In this document: piece after piece, positions 17,766 to 27,614 of the stretch
How positions within the stretch are numbered: the stretch's first letter is position 1
Layout: every line of letters starts with the position of its first letter
Virus record (IMG/VR): IMGVR_UViG_3300032245_000902
Location: 1-64,000 of that record
Source: a virus
Taxonomy: Duplodnaviria; Caudoviricetes
Strand: one strand, 5' to 3'
DNA length: 64,000 nt
Program-made: the position numbers and the translations under genes
Notes under the pieces: model-generated
The model's input: only the letters and a program-made list of their open reading frames with translations
Databases searched by the model: none
Told to the model about the DNA's origin: nothing

Positions 17766-18249
17766 AACAAAAATTACTAAGATTTACCTAGACATGGACG
17801 GTGTGATTGCCGACTTTGACAAAAGGTACAAAGCTCGGTATAAGATGGAACCAAAAGAGGCAGAACAACACAAAGAGTTTGATAAGTTCTTTACGCAGTT
17901 TATTAATGATGAAGAATTTGCAACATTGGATTTAATGCCTGATGCCATGGAACTAATCAATTATTTGAGAAGTCTAAAAGTACCAACCGAGATACTATCA
18001 TCTAGTGCCTCAGAGAAAAGAGATCCACAGATTCGACCACAAAAGATGGAATGGTTGAAGAAGAACAACATTGAGTTTCCTGCCATTATTGTACCAGGTA
18101 AAAGGCACAAGAAGGATTACTCAAACAAGAATACACTATTGATTGATGATACTCCGGTAAATATCGACCAATGGCGTAGAGAAGGTGGTGTTGGTATACT
18201 TCATACCGATGCACAAACAACCATTAATATTTTGAAGATGTATGTTTGA
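17758..18249 (+). CDS. HAD-superfamily 5'(3')-deoxyribonucleotidase
   Basis: IYLDMDGVIADF, K..W, LLIDD...NI..W...GG.GI.H. Confidence 0.85.
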   Translation: MPETKITKIYLDMDGVIADFDKRYKARYKMEPKEAEQHKEFDKFFTQFINDEEFATLDLMPDAMELINYLRSLKVPTEILSSSASEKRDPQIRPQKMEWLKKNNIEFPAIIVPGKRHKKDYSNKNTLLIDDTPVNIDQWRREGGVGILHTDAQTTINILKMYV

Positions 18250-18274
18250 CAATGGATAAATATTGTGATATAGT
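18246..18274 (+). promoter_or_regulatory. Sigma70-type promoter for gene 32, with an embedded late-promoter-like GATAAATA
   Basis: TTGACA (18246-18251), 17-nt spacer ending in TGn, TATAGT (18269-18274); GATAAATA at 18255-18262. Confidence 0.75.
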
Positions 18275-18347
18275 AGTTGATTATGAGCAGTAATTTGAAA
18301 GTAGTTTATATTCCGTTAATACTCCGTTTAATACGAAAGGCAACATC

Positions 18348-19241
18348 ATGAGTTTTGCAAATCTAAAACGCCAATCTGGCAATCTCGATAAATTATCTAA
18401 AGCAATCGAGGCACTCTCCCAAACATCCGAAGGTAGTTCAGAGAAATCTGATAACTTTTGGCGTCCAGAAGTAGACAAAGCAGGTAATGGCATGGCCACT
18501 ATCCGTTTTCTCCCAGCATCCGAAAAAGATGGTGAAGATGGTCTACCTTGGGTAAAAATCTTCTCACATGGTTTTCAAGGACCTGGTGGTTGGTTAATTG
18601 ATAATTGTTTGACAACAAAGAATCAACAATGTCCTGTGTGTGAACACAACTCTACATTATGGAATTCAGGCATCGAAGCGAACAAAGACGTAGTTCGTAA
18701 ACAAAAGCGTAAATTGAATTACATCGCCAATGTGTATATTGTTTCTGACCCTAAGCATCCAGAAAACGAAGGCAAAATCAAACTGTTTAAGTTTGGTAAG
18801 AAAATCTTTGACAAGGTTACTGAAGCCATGAATCCACAGTTTGAAGATGAAACACCAATCAATCCATTTGATTTGTGGAAAGGTGCTAACTTCAAGTTAA
18901 AGATTCGTAAGGTAGAAGGTTATCAGAACTACGATAAGTCTGAGTTTGATTCACCATCCGCATTATCTGATGATGATGGTAAGTTGGAACAAATCTGGAA
19001 AGATTCTTTTTCACTTAAAGAATTGACTGATGACAAAGAGTTCAAGTCTTATGATACTCTTAAAGGTCGCCTTGACAAGGTACTCGGTTTGAATGGTGAA
19101 GCACCACGCACAACCGTAGAACAAGTTAAAGCAAAGACCTTTGATGCACCTAAAGCTAAGGCAGAAGATTCACCATTTAAAGATGATACATCTGAAGATG
19201 ATGATATGGCTTACTTTGCGAAGTTGGCTGAAGAAGATTAA
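18348..19241 (+). CDS. 32: Single-stranded DNA-binding protein gp32
   Basis: DKAGNG.A.IRFLP, HGFQGPGGW, CLTT....CPVC, FGKKIFDK, NYDKSEF, acidic tail. Confidence 0.97.
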   Translation: MSFANLKRQSGNLDKLSKAIEALSQTSEGSSEKSDNFWRPEVDKAGNGMATIRFLPASEKDGEDGLPWVKIFSHGFQGPGGWLIDNCLTTKNQQCPVCEHNSTLWNSGIEANKDVVRKQKRKLNYIANVYIVSDPKHPENEGKIKLFKFGKKIFDKVTEAMNPQFEDETPINPFDLWKGANFKLKIRKVEGYQNYDKSEFDSPSALSDDDGKLEQIWKDSFSLKELTDDKEFKSYDTLKGRLDKVLGLNGEAPRTTVEQVKAKTFDAPKAKAEDSPFKDDTSEDDDMAYFAKLAEED

Positions 19242-19260
19242 ACCTACTAATCTTGGTTTG

Positions 19261-19284
19261 AACCCACCGAAAGGTGGGTTTTTT
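19261..19284 (+). terminator. Rho-independent terminator between convergent genes
   Basis: AACCCACC-GAAA-GGTGGGTT followed by TTTT. Confidence 0.9.
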
Positions 19285-19289
19285 ATTGG

Positions 19290-20558
19290 TTAAACTACTC
19301 TAGTGCTGGATAATATCATGCTCTGGAATGTTGGCTCTTGATTTCTAACAGATGGCATTGGAATTTTTCCTTTGCCCTCTGCATAACTTTTAACTGAATT
19401 GTTATTGATAATGGAAGTAGGATCCTCTTTACTTTCAGGAATATTTGCATCCAAATTTTCTTTTTGAACTGTATTAAACACCTGATTAACTTTAGGAATA
19501 GATTCTACTGCTGATGCTGATGGTGATGATACAACCGATTCACCAGGAGATAATGATGCGGCTGGTGACGATGAAGATGATGAACCGCTTGGTGAAGTTG
19601 GTGATGGTTTGGCCGGTTCTGCTGTAGGTGATTCAGCAACAGCAGGTGATTCGGCCTTAGCCATTTGTTTTGCTCTTGTTTCTGAGCGATATGGAATACC
19701 ATCTTCATCAACAGCATTAAATCCATTATCCCTATCTTTTTGTGTCAATCCTGTTTTATCATCAAAACCAATAGAAGCCAAATACGCTTTTTCTTCTACG
19801 CCTTGTTTTTTAAAGTCAAACATTCCTGCTTTAATCGTTTTATTTTTATAAGCTTCACGAAGCAATACGGCTTTTCTACTGGCAACTTCATCGGATCTAA
19901 CTTCTTGTATAGCAGCACCTATTCCACCATCTGTTTGACCTGCATTTAAAATACCTTTATTGGTTCCTTCTGCATCTTTATCATTAAACAACATATACAT
20001 TGTTGCAAGGCCTAATAGTAAACCTAAACCAAGTGGTGTGGCCATAAAAAATTTACCAATACTGATTAACATTTTAGCAACACCAAGCAAATCACCCAAC
20101 AAACCATCATCACCACTATCATCATTTATTTTGGTTGCTGTGGTATTATTAACTACAGTTGTTGCGCCACCTCCTGCATTACCAAGTGCTTTAAGAAATT
20201 CATCATTTTGTTTTTTTCTTTCAATACTTTGTTCTTCTCTGAATTGATTTTTCTTTTCATCAGACTTTAATTTATCTTCATAATTTTTTTTAAGTAAATT
20301 ATGGATGCTCATTAAAGATTCCATTACTTTACTGTCAGATTCTAAATTAGGAATTTTGGTGGCTTTTGTTGTATCTTTCTTTGCAGTAGCAGCTGGACCA
20401 CTTTGTTTAAATGTATTTTTAATTACATCTTCTGTGAACCACCTGTCATTACCCAAAGATGAAGTTAGTAGTCGTGCAAAGGCAACAACATCCATTCTTG
20501 TTGCAATTTGTTTTGTATATGCGGATGCTTTTGGTTTAGTAGTTTTTTTAGTTGCCAT
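19290..20558 (-). CDS. Baseplate hub / tape-measure-like protein
   Basis: Downstream of gp26/gp51; helical, Gly/Leu hydrophobic stretch, low-complexity Ser/Pro linker. Confidence 0.55.
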   Translation of the reverse strand: MATKKTTKPKASAYTKQIATRMDVVAFARLLTSSLGNDRWFTEDVIKNTFKQSGPAATAKKDTTKATKIPNLESDSKVMESLMSIHNLLKKNYEDKLKSDEKKNQFREEQSIERKKQNDEFLKALGNAGGGATTVVNNTTATKINDDSGDDGLLGDLLGVAKMLISIGKFFMATPLGLGLLLGLATMYMLFNDKDAEGTNKGILNAGQTDGGIGAAIQEVRSDEVASRKAVLLREAYKNKTIKAGMFDFKKQGVEEKAYLASIGFDDKTGLTQKDRDNGFNAVDEDGIPYRSETRAKQMAKAESPAVAESPTAEPAKPSPTSPSGSSSSSSPAASLSPGESVVSSPSASAVESIPKVNQVFNTVQKENLDANIPESKEDPTSIINNNSVKSYAEGKGKIPMPSVRNQEPTFQSMILSSTRVV

Positions 20559-22004
20559 TTAACCTTTTAACTTTCTTTGATAAGCATTAGTATCATCTGA
20601 CTCATTTGAAGAACCTGATGGTGAGCTTCCTGTAGTAGTTGTTTTATTATTATTTACTGTAATTGATGGTTTATCTTGGTTTGCAGCAGCGTCAGCTTTT
20701 AAATTTTTGTTTTCTGTTGAGGCTGAATTTATTTTGTCACCAGATAATGCACTAGAATATGCATCAACTTTTGATAAAAGTTCTGCACCAATACCCACAT
20801 CCAAATTTAATCTTTTGCCACCTACAGCTTGTGTTATTACTCTATTTGCTGTTTGTTGATCCGTAAACTCATTTAATTTTTTTAGACCAACATTTTTTAT
20901 CATGTAGTTGGCTACAATTTTTCTATTTACTTCAGGATCGTTGGCTAAATCCGGGTTTGTAGCTAATTCAGGTACTCCAATTTCTTTTGCCGTAGATTCG
21001 TATTGTCCTCTGAATGTCAATCCAATAGAACCTCGTCCACGATATTTGAAACCATCTTCTGGTTCTTTATTACCGTATTGGCCGCCATATATAAAATTTC
21101 CTAATTTTTCTGGATTTTTAATATATTGACTTGCTTCTTCATCACTCATTTTACCAAATTTACTAGGAAATACTTTTTTTAATCTGTCAACAGTAGTATA
21201 GTTCATGTTCTCAGATTCTAATTTGAAACCACTCTCTTTACCTACGTTAGCCATGATTGCCGTTTGGGCATATGAATTTGTAATACCAGCTGCAACAAGG
21301 CCTGAAGTCAGTCCTGCGATAACTCCGGCATTGGCTGCAACTTGACCAGTAATACCTTTACTTGCAGTAACCGGAGCTCTTGGTGCTGATGGTGCTGCCG
21401 TTGTAGGTTTGGGTGCTGGCACAGGTTCTGCTTTTGGAGTAGGTTTAGGTACTTCTTTGGGAGCTTTTGTTGCTGAAGGTTTAGGTGCTTCAGTAATTTT
21501 TTCAGGCGGTGCCTTAGTTTCAGGTTTTGCTTTTTCTTTTTCTATAACTTTTTCTGATTCTTTTTCTTTTTTTTCTTCTTTAACTTTTTTCTTTTTTGGT
21601 TTTCTTCCACCTAAAGCTTCAATAATTTTTTTATTTCTATCTTGTTCTTCAATGTAGGCCAATTGATAATCAACCAAATCAAGTTCAGATTGTAATTTTT
21701 CGTATGATTGTATTTTGGCTAATAGGTCGTAGATTGAACCTAATGCTTGTACCGTAGTTTGTGGTGTTGCATCAGAAATTGAAGATTTACCAATACGAGA
21801 AGATCCTAAAACGGTTGAAGATGTTAAAGGTGATACTTTTTTGTCTTGTTTTGATTTTTCAAAAGCAATAGTTTCTGAAGGCCTATTATCTTCAGCTTCT
21901 TTTATACCACCAGTTTTGCCATTTGCTCCCATATTATATTGATAATCGGAAGATGAACCACCTGGTGGATTCAACCATTTGTTTTGTTTAAAATAGGACT
22001 TCAT
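20559..22004 (-). CDS. Hub / tape-measure-like protein with a GH19 chitinase/lysozyme-like domain
   Basis: AIMANVGKESGF...ENMNY, YG...GN....DGFKYRGRG.I.LT....Y, L..NPDL. Confidence 0.75.
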   Translation of the reverse strand: MKSYFKQNKWLNPPGGSSSDYQYNMGANGKTGGIKEAEDNRPSETIAFEKSKQDKKVSPLTSSTVLGSSRIGKSSISDATPQTTVQALGSIYDLLAKIQSYEKLQSELDLVDYQLAYIEEQDRNKKIIEALGGRKPKKKKVKEEKKEKESEKVIEKEKAKPETKAPPEKITEAPKPSATKAPKEVPKPTPKAEPVPAPKPTTAAPSAPRAPVTASKGITGQVAANAGVIAGLTSGLVAAGITNSYAQTAIMANVGKESGFKLESENMNYTTVDRLKKVFPSKFGKMSDEEASQYIKNPEKLGNFIYGGQYGNKEPEDGFKYRGRGSIGLTFRGQYESTAKEIGVPELATNPDLANDPEVNRKIVANYMIKNVGLKKLNEFTDQQTANRVITQAVGGKRLNLDVGIGAELLSKVDAYSSALSGDKINSASTENKNLKADAAANQDKPSITVNNNKTTTTGSSPSGSSNESDDTNAYQRKLKG

Positions 22005-22007
22005 TTA

Positions 22008-22202
22008 CTATCTTCTTTGTCTTTCTTTAATCTTCTGATTTTCTTCTTCAATATATTGAATCAACAAAGATATGTAAATATCCCTTTCCCAAGGCATCAT
22101 ATTTTCAAGTTCGGTCAAGCTATACTTATGGTGTTGCATTAACGAAAAATTCGTTTTGTAATAATTACTCAGATTGTCATGACGAAATGTTAACCGAAAA
22201 AA
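22008..22202 (-). CDS. 51: gp51-like hub assembly chaperone, probably entered by -1 frameshift from gp26 (nearest in-frame ATG 22139)
   Basis: NYYKTNFSLMQHHKYSLTELENMMPWERDIY is the gp51 signature of T4-like phages. Confidence 0.8.
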   Translation of the reverse strand, partial: FFRLTFRHDNLSNYYKTNFSLMQHHKYSLTELENMMPWERDIYISLLIQYIEEENQKIKERQRR

Positions 22203-22915
22203 TTTTCTAACCCTTCCACCTCTATCGTGTGGTGAAAGCCACACTTACTACAAGTCATTTCAAGTTTATCTCTTAACTTTGGTAGATTTTGGAAGAAATG
22301 TTCTACTTTATTAAATTGTTCTTGGTTCATTGTTTCAACAAACTCAAGCATTTCGCCTGGTTGTGCCTCATGGCCATAATGAAACTGTTCACCATCATAG
22401 ATATACTCAATCGATTGAGCAACCATATTAAAAGTTAGGTCATTAACATCTTTAATATTTAAAGAATCTTTAACAACACCAAACTCTGGATATTTAAGTT
22501 TGATTACAATTCTATCTGTTAGTTTAATTTCTGGACTAATATCTTCTGGAAGATTAACTGTAATCTTGGTTAAATCTATATTGCTTTCCATGGTGTTACC
22601 ACATTCTACACCATCAACCTCATTATTACAACGATATCGAGATTCAACAATCTCACCAACCGATTTGGCTCTTAATTGTAGAAAGTAATATTCAATATCC
22701 GTGACTGGTAATTTATATACATCAATGTCTTGTGTGATTGTGCAGTTACTTAAAATATCAAAGATGCATTGATGAACAGTTTTGGAATCATTAGATTCGA
22801 TTGCCATCAATAAGTTTCTTTGTTCTTTAACTAAGAAAGGCCGAAACTTAATTTTCTTTTTTGAAACCGGCAATTCAATCTCGTAAGACGGCACGTCAAG
22901 TTTTGGTAAAGCCAT
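22190..22915 (-). CDS. 26: Baseplate hub subunit / chaperone gp26
   Basis: MALPK...P.Y...LP, FRPFLVKE, D.EY.FLQLRAKSVGE, C..C, EGL.NFF. Confidence 0.92.
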   Translation of the reverse strand: MALPKLDVPSYEIELPVSKKKIKFRPFLVKEQRNLLMAIESNDSKTVHQCIFDILSNCTITQDIDVYKLPVTDIEYYFLQLRAKSVGEIVESRYRCNNEVDGVECGNTMESNIDLTKITVNLPEDISPEIKLTDRIVIKLKYPEFGVVKDSLNIKDVNDLTFNMVAQSIEYIYDGEQFHYGHEAQPGEMLEFVETMNQEQFNKVEHFFQNLPKLRDKLEMTCSKCGFHHTIEVEGLENFFG

Positions 22916-22938
22916 TTTATTTTCACTCCATTTTAAAA

Positions 22939-23604
22939 TTATCTACGGAAAGTAGATGATATATCATTTATAAGATTATTAACACCTGAACCAGCAGCAC
23001 CAACAGCATTACCACCAAGGCCACCAATAATATTGTTGACTGCGTTGATACCAGCATCAACCAACTCCATACCAAGTGCTTGTAGAGAATTGTTCTGCCA
23101 ATAGGTATATGCAAAAGTTACATTGAGTTTATGGTAACCATCAGACGACCAATCTAAATCCATTTGATTTATTGAAATAGGATAAGCATCATAAAGATTA
23201 ACAGAATAGGATATCTGATTGGTGACATCATATTGGTTGACTGTGATAACTGTTGAATAATCACCTTTGTATCGCATATTGTTGTTATATAAAGGATTGA
23301 TATAGTTTAACCATGCATCAAAAAAAATCTTCTGTGTCATGTCATCATCAATAATAAATGTCATATCAATATCGGTATAGGTGTTTAGATATGGATACTT
23401 TTCAATTGGTCCGTATGTTTTTTGTTCAGCCGTAGCAAATGTTCTACCGGGTAGATTAGCATTTTCACAACGATATGTGAGAGATTTTGCTGATTTGATG
23501 TATGGTATCAATGTCAAAGGAATAGGAATATTCACATCAAACTTGTGTGGACGAGATAAATCTTTCTGAAAACTCGATTTAAAGTCGTTAATATTGCCAG
23601 CCAT
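22939..23604 (-). CDS. 54: Baseplate tail-tube initiator gp54-like (tube fold)
   Basis: C....LPG, YGP....P, F..W, V.QYD, AYP.......L, V.F.Y..W; position between gp2 and gp26. Confidence 0.7.
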   Translation of the reverse strand: MAGNINDFKSSFQKDLSRPHKFDVNIPIPLTLIPYIKSAKSLTYRCENANLPGRTFATAEQKTYGPIEKYPYLNTYTDIDMTFIIDDDMTQKIFFDAWLNYINPLYNNNMRYKGDYSTVITVNQYDVTNQISYSVNLYDAYPISINQMDLDWSSDGYHKLNVTFAYTYWQNNSLQALGMELVDAGINAVNNIIGGLGGNAVGAAGSGVNNLINDISSTFRR

Positions 23605-23613
23605 TTTAATTCC

Positions 23614-24198
23614 TTATCGTATCTGTTCTAATGATTCTTGCCACACTTTAGCAGTGGAAGCTTTTCTAAACTGTTGTATTGGCAAGAATGCCGCAATATC
23701 CCACTCATTTGGCTGCACGGCAAGTATTTTTGACTGAACATGGTTCGTCAAATACTTTTTAAAACATGGTTTAAACTCTTTAAACCGTCTGGAGGCGTTT
23801 AGTATGTCATAGGTGACATTCATACGCTGTATATCTTTATTGCCGTCAACCACCGCAAAATCCATCAATTTATCCAAAAAGGCAACTCGATACTGGATTG
23901 GTAAATAATGTAGGTTTAATCCGGTAAAGTGGTCTTTTTGAATGTCTAATACCAATACCAAAGGGAATCGGTCATAATATGGTAAGTCTGCCTTTGTTTT
24001 CGGATCATAATAGAAGAAATATAAACCGCCATTATAGAAATGGTTACCTCTATTCTCCCGTGCAATCGTAGAAGCGATGCCTGTGGTATTACCAAGGTCG
24101 CCAATCTTTTTGGTCATCCAACGATAAGAGTCACGGCTCATCGTTTGAAGTTCCGAAGCAGTTTTTTGTTTTGCGAGTTGTGTTAGTTTAGATGCCAT
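23614..24198 (-). CDS. 2: DNA end protector protein gp2
   Basis: YFFYYDPK.K..LPYYD.FPL, GLNLHYL, C.K.YL..HV.S; ACTAAATA on the minus strand at 24203-24210. Confidence 0.9.
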   Translation of the reverse strand: MASKLTQLAKQKTASELQTMSRDSYRWMTKKIGDLGNTTGIASTIARENRGNHFYNGGLYFFYYDPKTKADLPYYDRFPLVLVLDIQKDHFTGLNLHYLPIQYRVAFLDKLMDFAVVDGNKDIQRMNVTYDILNASRRFKEFKPCFKKYLTNHVQSKILAVQPNEWDIAAFLPIQQFRKASTAKVWQESLEQIR

Positions 24199-24209
24199 TG
24201 ATTATTTAG

Positions 24210-24644
24210 TTACAGTCCTAGATGGTCTTCCGTGATTACTTGAAACTCCCAACCACGGTCTAGACAATATTCCTGAGCAGCCCTCCATTTGGCGGAGTTA
24301 ACTCCATAGGTGGTCACTTCCGTAATATATCTCTTAGTGATTCTTTTCTGTGGTTCTGGTGGTTGAGATTGTTTCTTTGGTTTAACCTCAAGTAATAAGG
24401 TTTTTAATTTACCATCTTTAGTTCTCATTTTCACAAGAAAGTCTGGAAAATATCGATGCCAACGACCATCCACAGGAGATTTATAGGGAATGATAAGTTC
24501 TTCCGAAGCCCAAGAAATAATATTGGGATTTTTATCGAGCCAATCCATCACCAGGCACTCCCACGAAGAGCGGTAGATGATATTGTTATAGTCCCCAGCA
24601 TATTTTTGGGGGTTAGAGGGTGTAAATCGTCCGGAATACGCCAT
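24210..24644 (-). CDS. 4: Head completion nuclease gp4
   Basis: Y.G.F.P.NP.KY.G, YRSSWE, W.SEE..IPY, HRYFPDF, EVKP..Q, N.AKW.AA. Confidence 0.93.
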   Translation of the reverse strand: MAYSGRFTPSNPQKYAGDYNNIIYRSSWECLVMDWLDKNPNIISWASEELIIPYKSPVDGRWHRYFPDFLVKMRTKDGKLKTLLLEVKPKKQSQPPEPQKRITKRYITEVTTYGVNSAKWRAAQEYCLDRGWEFQVITEDHLGL

Positions 24645-24649
24645 AAATA
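24642..24649 (+). promoter_or_regulatory. Putative late promoter (CATAAATA) for the gp48-gp53-gp5 unit
   Basis: Overlaps the complement of the gp4 start codon; 34 nt upstream of ATG 24684. Confidence 0.6.
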
Positions 24650-24683
24650 TACTATTATGTATCTTTCTTTTTAGGACAACCTA

Positions 24684-25625
24684 ATGGCTATCATTTCTAT
24701 ACCAACATCCATCGGTGGTGTATCAATACCAGGTAATATCATTAATGGTCCCCTCGGAGCATTGTTTGGTAATAAATTTGGTTTAAACAGTTATCAATAT
24801 CCTAGGGATTTAGGTTCAGCCACAAAAGGTCATATTGTTCAATTTTCAGTTAATGAAATTGACCCTATTACTTATGAAGAGGCCAAGGCGTTTATTGCTA
24901 AAGGTACATCGATTGAAGGTTTAAAAGAACAATTCAATTCTGTTAAAAACTTTTTTTCTGGTGATGCACAAAAAACTTTAAATTTCAAACCGAAAAAGAA
25001 ACGAAAAGTTGCAACCATCTCTTTATATATTCCTGATACCTTAAATTTTGATTATAAAGCTGGTTATAGTAATTTATCTTTGTTGAAAGTGGCTGAAGAA
25101 GTTTCGTCAGCTATAACACCCGGTAAAAAAGGAAATCCTATCTTAAATACTTTAGGTAAGATGGGTAGTGCTGGTCTAACAGCTGCACAATCTAATGCGG
25201 GAAAACTTGCACTCTCTACACAAGGCCTTGCAATTAATCCGCAACAACAATTATTATTTGATGGTATTGATTTTAGAACTTATCAAATGGCATTTACTTT
25301 CACACCATATTCTCGCCAAGAAGCTGAAACTGTGAAAGAAATTATTAAACTGTTTCGTTATCATGCTGCACCACAAATTACAACAGCAGCTGCTGGTATG
25401 TTTTTTGTACCTCCATCGACATTTGATTTAGACTTCTTATTTAATGGTCAGAGAAATGGAAATGTAACCCGTGTGGCAGAAAGCGTCATTGAAAGTATTG
25501 ATGTCAACTATGCACCGAATGGTTGGGCTGCACACGATGATGGTGCACCGGTACAAACAACATTGACAATGAATTTTAAAGAAATCGAACTCATCGACAA
25601 AGATAAAATTAAGGCAGGATATTAA
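24684..25625 (+). CDS. 48: Baseplate tail-tube cap gp48
   Basis: YP.DL, I.LY.P, NP....LF.G..FR...F.F.P.S..EA..V..II..F, V.Y.P.G, P....LT..F.E. Confidence 0.88.
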   Translation: MAIISIPTSIGGVSIPGNIINGPLGALFGNKFGLNSYQYPRDLGSATKGHIVQFSVNEIDPITYEEAKAFIAKGTSIEGLKEQFNSVKNFFSGDAQKTLNFKPKKKRKVATISLYIPDTLNFDYKAGYSNLSLLKVAEEVSSAITPGKKGNPILNTLGKMGSAGLTAAQSNAGKLALSTQGLAINPQQQLLFDGIDFRTYQMAFTFTPYSRQEAETVKEIIKLFRYHAAPQITTAAAGMFFVPPSTFDLDFLFNGQRNGNVTRVAESVIESIDVNYAPNGWAAHDDGAPVQTTLTMNFKEIELIDKDKIKAGY

Positions 25626-26224
25626 TGCAATACTTTGACACACTACCAAAAATAATTCAAACCGATAATGTTGGTGTTTCACGAGTATTCACCAATATTA
25701 TGGCACGAGCCAGTATTATACCTGATGTATTAAAGAATCCTCTTGTTTACTACTCATATGATATACAAGAAGGTGATACACCAGAAATTATTGCATACAA
25801 ATACTATGGCGATTCTTATCGGTATTGGATTGTTCTATTTGCAAATGAACTATTAGACCCACAATGGTCATGGCCAATGGATTCTACTGTATTTGATAAT
25901 TATATGGCAGAAAAATATCCGTCTGGTAATACAACAACTACAGTTTACAGTTATGAAAAGAAATTAACTCAAACAGATAATTCTACTAATACAGTAACAA
26001 TCAACACGATTGATGTAAATCAAACAGAATACAACACCATTGTTGAAAATACACAAACATATTTTATTGGTAATTCTACTGTGACTGTTGCAACCACAAA
26101 AAGAATTATTACTATCTATGATTATGAATATGAGTTAAATGAATCAAAAAGAAAGATAAACATATTGAACTCGGTCTATGTTGACCAAATGGAATCACAA
26201 TTTAAATCATTGATGTCACAATAA
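25625..26224 (+). CDS. 53: Baseplate wedge protein gp53
   Basis: YF...P, Y.I.EGD.PE.IA.K.YGD....WIVL..N...DP...WP, YE...NE.KR.I. Confidence 0.9.
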   Translation: MQYFDTLPKIIQTDNVGVSRVFTNIMARASIIPDVLKNPLVYYSYDIQEGDTPEIIAYKYYGDSYRYWIVLFANELLDPQWSWPMDSTVFDNYMAEKYPSGNTTTTVYSYEKKLTQTDNSTNTVTINTIDVNQTEYNTIVENTQTYFIGNSTVTVATTKRIITIYDYEYELNESKRKINILNSVYVDQMESQFKSLMSQ

Positions 26225-26225
26225 T

Positions 26226-27614
26226 ATGGAAAATAATCAACAAGTTCCAGTAGTTGAATCTCCTGGTGCTTATTACCCTCAAGATTTTTCGATACAGACA
26301 CTCAATCTGTTGACCGCAAGTGGCCAACGATTTGAGTTAAAGAAACTATTGGTTGAACTGTCGTATTTTGAGGACATCTACAGCTTTGTTACTTCTGGTT
26401 ATATTACATTGGTTGATGCACAAGGATTCTTAGAACTCTTTCAGTTGACCGGTAATGAATATATTGAAATCAACTTTGGTAAAATACGAACAGGTGACAA
26501 CTCAACCGACCAACTGTTTAGAATTTATAAAACCAGTGATAGAAAACCTAGTGGTAACATGAATAGTGAGGTATACACTCTTTACTTCTGTTCTGAAGAA
26601 TTGTTACTATCCGAACAAGTTAAAATCAGTAAATCATATACTGGCACAGAAATATCCAAAATTATTGAAAATATTTTGGTTGAAAAATTAAAAGTAAAGA
26701 AGAAAAATATACAAGTAATAGAACAGACAATTGGTATGTATGACTTTGTTCTACCTCGTTTAAAACCATTTGAAGCTATTAGTTGGTTGTCCACTTATGC
26801 AAGGCCAAAGGTAACAGGCACAGTAGGTGCTGATATGTTATTTTTTGAAACCAAGAATGGTTTTAATTACAGGTCATTACAATCCATGTTCAAAGAACCG
26901 ATTTATAGTACCTATCGATATCAGGCTAAGAACATTGAAGATTCAATACAGGACTTTCAAGAAAAGACTGTCACCGTATTGGATTATGAGTTTGTCAAAA
27001 CCTACGATACACTAGAAGATATTAATTCTGGTACATTTGCCAATAAGTTAATTTCAATTGATCCATTGGCAAGAACATATAAAACTACCGAATTTAATTA
27101 TAGTGATTACTTTGAAAAGAAAAAAACATCCTCTCTCAATAAAAATGATGTATTGGTGCCATTAAAAAATAGATTAGGTAAAACACAAAACGAATCTTAT
27201 GATTCTCGTATTAAAGTATTAACTTCTAATGCTTCACAGAATGAATTACAATATGTTAAAAATATCCCTGGTTCTGTTGCAAAAAATATTGCCATTGAGA
27301 ATTATATACCTTTAAGAACAGCGCAACTTGGTCTGGCGAATTATACCGTAGTTAAAATTACCATACCAGGTGATCCTGGTATTACTGCTGGTCGAACCAT
27401 TGACTTTAATCTATTGACATTGAAACCTTCAAGCAACAAAAAAGAGTTGGATAGATATTATTCAGGAACATATTTGGTGAGTGCAGTAAGACATATTATT
27501 AGTTCTGGTGGTGCTTATCAAACAGTTTTAGAAATTACCAAAGACAGTTCACCAACAGCATACTCACAGATTGATAATAATAGTCCTGAATTTAGGAAAG
27601 CGGTAGATGAATAA
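26226..27614 (+). CDS. Baseplate hub protein (gp27-like)
   Basis: Between gp53 and gp5; FEDI, FFET..GF.YRS, IPG......G, SG.YLV..VRH. Confidence 0.7.
   Translation: MENNQQVPVVESPGAYYPQDFSIQTLNLLTASGQRFELKKLLVELSYFEDIYSFVTSGYITLVDAQGFLELFQLTGNEYIEINFGKIRTGDNSTDQLFRIYKTSDRKPSGNMNSEVYTLYFCSEELLLSEQVKISKSYTGTEISKIIENILVEKLKVKKKNIQVIEQTIGMYDFVLPRLKPFEAISWLSTYARPKVTGTVGADMLFFETKNGFNYRSLQSMFKEPIYSTYRYQAKNIEDSIQDFQEKTVTVLDYEFVKTYDTLEDINSGTFANKLISIDPLARTYKTTEFNYSDYFEKKKTSSLNKNDVLVPLKNRLGKTQNESYDSRIKVLTSNASQNELQYVKNIPGSVAKNIAIENYIPLRTAQLGLANYTVVKITIPGDPGITAGRTIDFNLLTLKPSSNKKELDRYYSGTYLVSAVRHIISSGGAYQTVLEITKDSSPTAYSQIDNNSPEFRKAVDE

Noticed and set aside
22203-22244. Track start of the gp51 ORF at 22244 (MWLSPHDRGG...)
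   Set aside because: Lies well inside gp26, lacks an SD and shows no gp51-like sequence; a frameshift or ATG 22139 is more plausible.
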